Assembly: GCA_965225855.1 (NCBI GenBank)
Contig: CBDDCK010000005.1
Span: 1,120,001 to 1,184,000 of the forward strand
Direction: 5' to 3'
Source: Spirochaetia bacterium
GTDB lineage: Bacteria > Spirochaetota > Spirochaetia > SP-2023
Length of the DNA stretch: 64,000 nucleotides
Shown here: positions 30,471 through 38,572 of the stretch, piece by piece
Numbering within the stretch: position 1 is the stretch's first letter
Layout: every line of letters begins with the position of its first letter
Translations under genes and position numbers: made by a program
Notes under the pieces: model-generated
What the model was told of the DNA's origin: nothing
The model's input: only the letters and a program-made list of their open reading frames with translations
Databases searched by the model: none

Positions 30471-31578
30471 CGATATGGTAAATTTTTCTCTGATCGGACT
30501 TACCCGCAAAATACGTGGATATACTCAAGGAGAGGTCGCTGAATTATCGGGTATCTCGCAAAGTAAATATTCTAAAATTGAAAAAGGCATTATTGAAGTA
30601 AACGAAGAGACTTTAATCAAACTTGCCGCTACGTTAAAATTTCCACCGAGATTCTTTTATCAAAATGCTGATATTGCCCCAGCATTAACACCGTTAGTGC
30701 CATTTCGGAAGAGGGCAAATCTCAACTTACGGGCGATTGAGGCAGCAGAAGCGGAAGGGAACTTATACCGTTTATTTCTCAATAAGCTTTTAGATAACGA
30801 TCAGCTTTTATATCAGCAAACAAGCTATCAGCAAGAGGTTGATGATGATTATTCGCCAGCTGATATTGCAAAAGAGTGTAGGAGAATTTTAGGGATAGCC
30901 AAAGGGCCTATCTACAATTTGACAGAAGTATTAGAGGATAACGGTTTTTTTATTATTGATCGTGAGCTTCCTAAAAAAATAGATGGCTTCACGCTTCTAC
31001 CTACACGAAATGTAAAAGCTAGTCATATCATTTTTCTCAATAAAGACTGCCCAGGAGATCGTATGCGCTTCAGCTTAGCACATGAGCTAGGTCATATTGT
31101 GATGCACAGAAATATTGAGGGAAATATTGAAGAAGAAGCGAATCAGTTTGCCAGTGAATTGCTCATGCCTGAAGATGAAATTATTCCGTATTTAAGAGAA
31201 ATTAAATCGTTATATGACTTTATTCCAATAAAAAAAATATGGAGAGTTAGTATTCAGGCTCTTTTGAATAGAGCTAAAGACTTAAAGATAATCTCTACAA
31301 CTCAGCATAAGTCTTTTTATGCTCGCATATCTCATTTGGGCTACCGCCAGAAAGAGCCAGCACCAATACCGATAGAAAAACCAAGTTTGCTAGTTGAGTT
31401 AAACAGAGCTTATAAATGTTTGGGATTTAGACTTTCGGAAATCCTTGATTTACTATGTATCAGTAAAGAAAATTATTTTGAATACTTTGATCCGCCTCTA
31501 CAGCCTAAGCCATTACATGAAATGCCAAAACATTTTTCTTCTCAAAGCACTAAACATTTAAAGATAGTAAAGCGGTAG
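30463..31578 (+). CDS. XRE-family HTH fused to an ImmA/IrrE (M78) Zn metallopeptidase
   Basis: RKIRGYTQGEVAELSGISQSKYSKIEKG HTH; RMRFSLAHELGHIVMH (HExxH); EEEANQFASELLMP; WRVSIQAL. Confidence 0.93.
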   Translation: MNDDMVNFSLIGLTRKIRGYTQGEVAELSGISQSKYSKIEKGIIEVNEETLIKLAATLKFPPRFFYQNADIAPALTPLVPFRKRANLNLRAIEAAEAEGNLYRLFLNKLLDNDQLLYQQTSYQQEVDDDYSPADIAKECRRILGIAKGPIYNLTEVLEDNGFFIIDRELPKKIDGFTLLPTRNVKASHIIFLNKDCPGDRMRFSLAHELGHIVMHRNIEGNIEEEANQFASELLMPEDEIIPYLREIKSLYDFIPIKKIWRVSIQALLNRAKDLKIISTTQHKSFYARISHLGYRQKEPAPIPIEKPSLLVELNRAYKCLGFRLSEILDLLCISKENYFEYFDPPLQPKPLHEMPKHFSSQSTKHLKIVKR

Positions 31579-31731
31579 GCCAAAGCAGCGATTTAAGCGA
31601 AGATCAAACTTCCGCAAGAATAGAACGGAATTACGAAAATACGATTTATAATGATATACAAGGTTTTATTGCAAACCAAAATAATTTTAAAACTGCAGAA
31701 ACATATTTTATTGAAGGTTGGATAAAAGAAA

Positions 31732-32370
31732 ATGAAAGAGAACTTTAAAGAAGCCATTGAGTTTTATAAAAAAGCTATCGAAACTAAGCCTAATTATCAT
31801 GAGGCTTATAATAATGTAGGGCGTTGCTATTTTGAATTAGCAGAATACGATAAAGCTATTAATTCTTATAATAAAGCGTTAGAAATTAAACCAGATAAAT
31901 ATCATACTTATATTAATATCGGTGTTGTCGACAATAAATTAGGGCAACCGCAAGAAGCTATCCATTATTATCAACAAGTTTTAGAACTTAAACCGGATTT
32001 TTATGAGGCTTATCTTGGTATGGGCAATACTTATAAAAATTTAAGAGATTATGAAAAGGCCATTGAGTTTTACCAAAAAGCTATTGAATTTAAAACTAAT
32101 GAGAGTGAAGCTTATTACAATATGGGGCAAGTTTATAATAAATTAAAAGAATATGATAAAGCCATTGCTTGCTATCAACAAGCTATAAAAATTAAGCCTG
32201 ATAATTCTGATGCTTATAATAGTATGGGCAATGTCTATAAGAGCTTAGGAGAATACCAACAAGCAATTACTTGCTATAAAAAAGCTCTTGATATTAAACC
32301 AAATTGTTCTATCGCTCATTTTAATATAACAAATACTTCTGATGAAATTAAAAAGTTGGTTACTAATTAA
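31732..32370 (+). CDS. TPR repeat protein, probably the 3' remnant of a longer gene
   Basis: About six 34-aa TPR units (AYNN.G..Y..L.EY.KAI..Y.KA..IKP). An open upstream frame (about 31572-31748) is offset by one base. Confidence 0.85.
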   Translation: MKENFKEAIEFYKKAIETKPNYHEAYNNVGRCYFELAEYDKAINSYNKALEIKPDKYHTYINIGVVDNKLGQPQEAIHYYQQVLELKPDFYEAYLGMGNTYKNLRDYEKAIEFYQKAIEFKTNESEAYYNMGQVYNKLKEYDKAIACYQQAIKIKPDNSDAYNSMGNVYKSLGEYQQAITCYKKALDIKPNCSIAHFNITNTSDEIKKLVTN

Positions 32371-32418
32371 AAGAGTTTTGTTAAGAATTTACAGCAAAAC
32401 AAAGAAAGTGAGAGAAAA

Positions 32419-32760
32419 ATGACCAACATTGTAGCAGTAGCCAATAAAACGCTTGAAATTAGTGATTTTTCTCTCACCAATCTCAAGCTGCAAAAAATTC
32501 TGTATTATGTCTATGGCACCAATCTAGTTATCAATACCGAACAGATAAGTGAGTGTCCCCAAGCTTGGGACTATTGGCCTGTATTCCCAACAGTATATAA
32601 TCAATTCAGACGCTATGGTGCCGACTGAATTATGATACCCGCCATTATCTCTCGATTCACCAATACAAAATGTATAATTGAAGGTCGACTGTTAGAAACA
32701 ATCCAAATTATTCACGAAAAATTTGGCCATTTAGCCGATGCTGAATTAAGTTATACTTGA
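32419..32760 (+). pseudogene. Panacea/SocA (DUF4065/GepA) antitoxin-domain pseudogene
   Basis: VAN...LTNLKLQKILYY...QAWDYWPVFPTVY. An in-frame TGA sits at 32626; reading continues IHEKFGHLADAELSYT to a stop at 32760. Confidence 0.8.
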
Positions 32761-32793
32761 TCGTCCAACAAAACTATAGTATAATATAGTCTG

Positions 32794-32834
32794 GCTTAAA
32801 TAGTGGCAAAGTAAACTTTTGCCACTATTTAAGC
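32794..32834. terminator. 17-bp perfect hairpin, terminator-like
   Basis: GCTTAAATAGTGGCAAA-GTAAACT-TTTGCCACTATTTAAGC. Confidence 0.65.
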
Positions 32835-33387
32835 ATAAAGCCCATTTAGATAATCCATCTCCTCCTGTTTTTATTGCAAACTTATGAAATTTTAATATCA
32901 TGAATAAATACGGTAGCAGAGGAGTGGAAAATCACCGGTTCACTACAGGGGCTTTGGTCGCTGCTAGTAGGATAGAGTAGGTGCCTATCACGCTATCGTA
33001 TTATCTTTAATATCCTGCTTTTTATTCCACTTACAGCCAAAAACAACAAAAAATCACTTTGAAAGAGTGCAAGTTTTTTGCAAATTATGCCAAAAAACAG
33101 CAAAAACTTGCAATTAATTTCATTTTCAAAAACACCCCACATTTGATTTTCACGCCCCCTTACAATGGGAGTAATTGTTGCAAGGCCATAGGAAAAGAAA
33201 TATGGCATGAATAACTCACATGAATTTTTATGTTCTCGCATAACAAAAAATATTGTGATAATAATGGATAATCTGCCTTTTTATAGTGTAGGGAAGACCA
33301 AAGATATTTCAAAAATCTAGGCCATATACTAAAATGTCTAGCCCAATATTTTCCAGATTGAAACCTCACAAAAAAGGAATTTTGAAT

Positions 33388-34287
33388 ATGACTAACAGAG
33401 ATTTGGTATTTATGTGCTTTGATGAGTATAGAGAATCTCGAGTAGGTACTGGAGAACTTAATTTTGAGCAAATTGCAGCGCGATGCGATTGCTCGGTAGC
33501 TGCTATTCATTCTTATTATTGCATATATCAGAAAAATAATCATCAAGAAATCACAAATATTGTAAGCAATCAGCAAGCTGCGGACACAAAGCAACGTTTA
33601 GATATCAATAAACGTTTTATGTATATGGAGCGTTTAATCAAAATGGTTATGACTGGACACCAACCTTCGCTTATTATTACCGGGGAAGCTGGTATTGGCA
33701 AAACGTATACTATTATGAAAATGCTCAAAGAATGCGGTTTGGAAAGCGACTATTATACCTTTGTCAAAGGCTATACAACCAATAAAGGTTTATTCCAAAT
33801 ACTACAAATTAATTGTGATGGTTTAATTATATTTGACGATTGTGATTCTATATTTAAAGATAAAGTAGGTTCTAATATATTAAAAACGGCTACAGATTCT
33901 TACTCCATAAGGCAAATTACTTGGGGCAAAAACAAATTGGAACACGAAAATCCCGATGAAAATACTTTTGAATTTAATGGCCAGATTATTTTTATTAGCA
34001 ATTTATCGGTAAACGAATTCCCACAATCGCTGCAAAGCCGTTCCACTGTGATCAATTTAGAGATGACTATTACAGAAAAACTGTTGCGCATTGATACGAT
34101 TTTAGGTGATATAGATGCTGGCGAAAGCGTGGAATATCAACATAAGTCTAAGGCGTTGGACTTTATGATACAAAACCAAGAAAGTATTAAAGACATCAAT
34201 ATCCGCACATTGTTAAAGCTTAGCCGCATCTACGCATATCATGGAGAGTTTGAAGATATTGACGAAATGTTAATGTTTTTGGTTTAA
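33388..34287 (+). CDS. AAA+ ATPase with an N-terminal HTH-like segment
   Basis: Walker A GEAGIGKT, Walker B IIFDDCD, sensor-1 IIFISN, Arg-finger LQSRS; N-terminal NFEQIAARCDCSVAAIHSYY; AAGGA RBS before ATG 33388. Confidence 0.85.
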   Translation: MTNRDLVFMCFDEYRESRVGTGELNFEQIAARCDCSVAAIHSYYCIYQKNNHQEITNIVSNQQAADTKQRLDINKRFMYMERLIKMVMTGHQPSLIITGEAGIGKTYTIMKMLKECGLESDYYTFVKGYTTNKGLFQILQINCDGLIIFDDCDSIFKDKVGSNILKTATDSYSIRQITWGKNKLEHENPDENTFEFNGQIIFISNLSVNEFPQSLQSRSTVINLEMTITEKLLRIDTILGDIDAGESVEYQHKSKALDFMIQNQESIKDINIRTLLKLSRIYAYHGEFEDIDEMLMFLV

Positions 34288-34525
34288 ATTTCATTTGGGC
34301 CTGACAAGATTCAAGGATTGAGGCGCAGAATTTTTAACAAAACTTGATATAAATTTTTGCGTCTTTGTTGTTCTCATCTTAGCTATAAATTTTTATAATC
34401 ACTTGTTTTTTATAATTGGTTGATTATGCTTTATTGTAATCGCAATTTTACGCGTTTTTATTGGTGCTCTAAACGCAAGCAAAAACAAATTTCAAGCACA
34501 ATTCATATAAAGAGGAGAAGAGTAT

Positions 34526-35824
34526 ATGAAAAAATTTTTTATTGGGACCCCCGCTAGGAGGATTTTATCTGGTATATTGCTGGCTTTTGCGGCTTTGGTT
34601 CTGGCGAGCTGTAGCAAAAAAAGCGGCGAAACAACGGCCAGCAAAAAGCAAGAACCCAAAAACCTAGTATTATATCAAAATAAAGTGGAAATTCATGAGG
34701 CACTTAGCAATTTTGCTGCAGAATATACCGCAGAGACCGGAGTAGAGATAAATATTAAAACCTCTGGTGGTGGTGCTAATTACGGGGCATTACTGAAAGC
34801 GGAATTCCAGTCCGACCGCCAACCAGATATATTCGCAATTGAAGGTCTGGGTAGTTACAATACTTGGAAAAGCAAGCTCGAACCGTATGTCAATCAGGAA
34901 TGGATGAAATACACCTCGCTCGATTACAAAGCAAATGGGCAGACTTATGGCTTTCCCGTGGCCATTGAGGCCTGGGGTATGGCCTACAACAAAGCTATGC
35001 TCGACCAAGCCGGAATTGATCCCGCAACTCTTACTTCCCAACAAGCCTATGCGGACGCTTTTGCCAAACTAGATCAAATGAAAGACGAACTGGGTATTGA
35101 CTCCGTAGTAGCTATGGTTGCTGGCCCACAGATGCACTGGGTTACCGGCTTGCATAATTTTAATGGCTACCTAAGTGCTGGCTTACCTTACGGTGATACA
35201 GAGGTACTGGATAAATTGCTTGGTGGCGAAGCCATAACCGAGCGACTGGCTGAATATGCCAACTGGGTAGAACTATTGTTCCAATATGCCGACCGGCGCA
35301 TATTATTGGCCGGTGGTTATGATGCTCAAGTGAGCCAGTTTGCCACGCAAAAATCGGTATTTATCCATCAAGGCAACTGGATTGATCCTTGGTTGGCCGA
35401 AAACAATATTACTTTTGCAATGGCTTACGCACCCCATGCCCCTGTAGCTGGCGAGCACAATGCTATTTTTATTGGAGCGCCCTCTTACTATGTTATCAAC
35501 AAAGAAAGTAGCGCAAAACAGGAAGCCTTGGATTTCTTAAACTACTTGGCTACCAACCCAAAAGGCCACGACTATATGGTCAATAAGGCGGGTATGGTTC
35601 CGGCTTTTAATAATGTTACGCTAGAACCCGCCGGAGCGCTTTCGGTTTCGGTGGCAGAGTGGAGCAAGAAAACAAATGGTGCGTACACCTGGCTACAGAA
35701 CGACATGCCCGATGGTTTCGGTACAGGTGTTTTAGGCCCCATTTACGGAGCTTTTGCCAAAGGTGATATCGACAAACAAGGGTTTATTGAACAAGTTTCC
35801 GCTAAAATTGCTGAACTAAAGTAG
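34526..35824 (+). CDS. Carbohydrate ABC transporter substrate-binding lipoprotein (orphan here)
   Basis: Lipobox LASC, QNKVEI, PDIF, YGFPVAIEAWGMAYNK, FIHQGNW; GAGGAG RBS. Confidence 0.9.
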   Translation: MKKFFIGTPARRILSGILLAFAALVLASCSKKSGETTASKKQEPKNLVLYQNKVEIHEALSNFAAEYTAETGVEINIKTSGGGANYGALLKAEFQSDRQPDIFAIEGLGSYNTWKSKLEPYVNQEWMKYTSLDYKANGQTYGFPVAIEAWGMAYNKAMLDQAGIDPATLTSQQAYADAFAKLDQMKDELGIDSVVAMVAGPQMHWVTGLHNFNGYLSAGLPYGDTEVLDKLLGGEAITERLAEYANWVELLFQYADRRILLAGGYDAQVSQFATQKSVFIHQGNWIDPWLAENNITFAMAYAPHAPVAGEHNAIFIGAPSYYVINKESSAKQEALDFLNYLATNPKGHDYMVNKAGMVPAFNNVTLEPAGALSVSVAEWSKKTNGAYTWLQNDMPDGFGTGVLGPIYGAFAKGDIDKQGFIEQVSAKIAELK

Positions 35825-35844
35825 TAAAAACAAAATCCGCAAAT

Positions 35845-35954
35845 TCCTCTAAAGAGGATTTTATCTGCTAGAGTTTAGATAGTCTGGGTAACTATCAAAA
35901 CTCTAGCAGCGGTGCTGTACTGCACTCATAACCACCTTACAGCACCGCTGCTAG
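35845..35954 (+). terminator. Cluster of three hairpins after the binding-protein gene
   Basis: TCCTCT/AGAGGA; CTGCTAGAGTTT..AAACTCTAGCAG; CTAGCAGCGGTGCTGTA..TACAGCACCGCTGCTAG. Confidence 0.6.
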
Positions 35955-36072
35955 CCGTCTAAAGCCTGTAATCCAATTCGGCTTCAAGTTTTTTTGTTCT
36001 TTTTAGCTTGGTTGTTTCAGCCTTTGGCTATATTGGCTTCCCGTATTTACCAAGGCTATAATTGGCAAAAGC

Positions 36073-36182
36073 AGCCTTAATAAAAAAATTTACAGCCTTA
36101 ATAAAAAAATTTGTAGCCTTGACAAAAAAATTTACAGCCTTGACAAAAAAATTTGTAGCCTTAATAAATTTTTTCCAGCCTT
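36073..36182. repeat. 21-bp tandem repeat, about 5 copies
   Basis: AGCCTT(AAT/GAC)AAAAAAATTT(AC/GT) at 36073, 36094, 36115, 36136 and 36157 (diverged), plus AGCCTT at 36177. Confidence 0.9.
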
Positions 36183-36289
36183 GGTATTTTCTCCATACCA
36201 AGGTTATAATTGGCAAAAGCAACCACGATAAAAAAACTTACCAAGGCTGCAATTGGCCAATGCAAGCGTTGCAACAACCAAACCCTACC

Positions 36290-38110
36290 TTACCAATTTA
36301 CAACGTTAATAGCATTTTTTAGGTCTGCAGGACTACCCATTACAAATCCTGCTGCTGCTTCCAGGTTGTATGCACCAGCATTATCACGAAGACCAACCTT
36401 AACCAGTATCTTATTGACTTCCGCTTTTACACTACTGCTTAAAGTAATCGTTACGCCTATTGCATTTGCATCAGAACCTGTGGCTGTGTTTTCACCTGCA
36501 GCTGCGTGCTGGGGTAATGGGTATCTCTTACTACCATCACCGGATACAAGCGTCAATTTGCTAAAGTCCCAGCCTGCAACTGCTGTCGGTAACCTGCTAC
36601 CTCTAATACGTAACAGGCCTGTGTTAACATTGTAGTATGCTTCAGCGATAGAACTTGCATACCCACTAACGGTAATCGGGTTATTGCTTATGTCTGCTGC
36701 GCTACCACCTGCAAATCCTGCTGCTGCTTCCAGGTTGTATGCACCAGCATCATCACTATCACCATTCTTAACCAATATCTTATTGGCTTTAAATGGTTCA
36801 CTACCCGTTAAAGTAATCGTTAAGCTTGTTGCACTTGCTGCAGAACCTGTGGCTGAAAATGGGTTGTGATCGGGTAATGGGTATCTCTTCTTACCATCAC
36901 CGGATACAAACCTCAATTTGCTAAAGTCCCACTCTTCAACTGTCTCCGGTAAATTAGTACCTGTAATCACTAACACGCCTGTAACAGCATTGTAGCTTGC
37001 ACTGGTAATTGTGGGTGGGTGTCCACTAACGGCCAAGCCTTTGGCTGTATTTAAACCCGCCCAAGCACCAGTGCTAGTAAGCAACCCATCTTTTAGACCA
37101 TTGCTATCCATACCGTCCTTGGCCTCAAGAGTAGTTTTATCGGCATCGGTAAGGTAAAGCCAAAGCGCTGTGCCATCGCTTTTAATACGGTACTTACCTT
37201 TTGTAAGACTGCGACTATCTGGCCCAGTGGCTGTGCCATCTGCAATATAGGAACTTAAGGCTAAGCCATCTACCGTGATGGTTTGGATTTGCGCTTGGGT
37301 CGCACTACCTAAGTCAGTACCTGTAATCACTAACACACTTGTATTAACATTGTAGGTTGCACCGGTAATTTCGGCTTTAGGCGACTCCTCTTCGACTTGT
37401 TCGACTTGTTCGACTTGTTCGACTTGTTCGTCTTGTTCGACTTGTTCGTCTTGTTCAGCTTGTTTGTCTTCAGGTTGCTTAGGCGACTCCTCTTCGGTTT
37501 CTTCGGCTTCGGGTAGTTTACGCGACTCCTCTTCAGCTTGTTCGACTTGTTCAGCTTGTTCAGCTTGTTCAGTTTGCTTAGATGGCTGATTGTCATCGGA
37601 TACTTTAGACTGCTTATTTTCGGGTACATTCCTAACGTCCAAGTCTTTGGCTGTATCTAAACCCGCCCAACTACCAGAGCTAACGCTAAGCAAGCCTTTT
37701 TTTAGACCATTGCTATCCATACCTTTCTTGCCATTCAGAGTAGCTTTATGTTGCTCGGTAAGTCTAAGCCAAAGTGCTGTGCCATCGTTTGCAATACGGT
37801 ACTTACCTTGTTCAAGACCGTTACTATTTACCCCAGTGGGTTTGGCATCTGCAGTATAGGCACTGAAGGCTACACCATTTGTTCGGCTTCCTACCCTGAT
37901 AGTTTGGATTTGCGCTTGTTTCACACTGGTAGGACTTAAGTCAGTACCTTGTACGGTTAAGATAGCCTTGCCAACATCGTAGATGGCGTTATTGATAGTC
38001 GGCCCAGAAGACGGCGCATCGTCATCGTTGTCATCGGGTGGTGCGCAGGCAAAGGCCATAAAGCCCAATAGCAAGGCTACAGGCAATAAAAATAGTTTGT
38101 GCTTATACAT
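36290..38110 (-). CDS. Surface lipoprotein, paralog 1: four related beta-rich repeat domains and a Q/E-rich linker
   Basis: GGAGG RBS; MYKHKLFLLPVALLLGFMAFA-C lipobox; domains begin I..A.Y(D/N)....L...G..L; 9-bp EQV repeats at 37391-37460. Confidence 0.85.
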   Translation of the reverse strand: MYKHKLFLLPVALLLGFMAFACAPPDDNDDDAPSSGPTINNAIYDVGKAILTVQGTDLSPTSVKQAQIQTIRVGSRTNGVAFSAYTADAKPTGVNSNGLEQGKYRIANDGTALWLRLTEQHKATLNGKKGMDSNGLKKGLLSVSSGSWAGLDTAKDLDVRNVPENKQSKVSDDNQPSKQTEQAEQAEQVEQAEEESRKLPEAEETEEESPKQPEDKQAEQDEQVEQDEQVEQVEQVEQVEEESPKAEITGATYNVNTSVLVITGTDLGSATQAQIQTITVDGLALSSYIADGTATGPDSRSLTKGKYRIKSDGTALWLYLTDADKTTLEAKDGMDSNGLKDGLLTSTGAWAGLNTAKGLAVSGHPPTITSASYNAVTGVLVITGTNLPETVEEWDFSKLRFVSGDGKKRYPLPDHNPFSATGSAASATSLTITLTGSEPFKANKILVKNGDSDDAGAYNLEAAAGFAGGSAADISNNPITVSGYASSIAEAYYNVNTGLLRIRGSRLPTAVAGWDFSKLTLVSGDGSKRYPLPQHAAAGENTATGSDANAIGVTITLSSSVKAEVNKILVKVGLRDNAGAYNLEAAAGFVMGSPADLKNAINVVNW

Positions 38111-38572
38111 AAGCAATACCTCCAAGAATGGATAAAGATTAGCCAACCCATACGGGTTAGTGCATAGGGCCCTATTGTGTTAGGGGGGGAATTGAGTCAA
38201 GGTCTATATAAGATTTTTGTAAGTTTTTTTGTGTTTTGGGTACTTTTTTTGTGTTAGGGTACTTTAGCTTGGGCTATATGGGCTTCTGGGTATTTAGTTG
38301 CGGCTCTTCAAGCAAACAACTTTGGCCATACAGTGTGGATCGGGTTTGTTGGTTTGGAGTGGGGCTATTGTGGCTTTTCATTATTGATCTGCTATGGAGA
38401 CCATATAAAAAGGTATTGGGCAAAGTGAAACAAAGAAGTGAAAAACGGTAGGCTAACTATAAACCACTTCCAATCCCGTCAAGCACCCTCTGAAAGCACC
38501 ATAAGCAGGGCATCACGCAACAATTTGCCCAAATACCCCACATTTCATTATTCATGCCCCCTTACAGGAAGG

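Noticed and set aside
25209..34287. Prophage, ICE or integron
   Set aside because: No integrase, structural, conjugation or intI genes, and no recognisable attC sites.
36028..36322. ORFs 36028-36222 (-) and 36062-36322 (+) with heptad repeats
   Set aside because: They are open only because the 21-bp repeat is a multiple of three; neither has an RBS.
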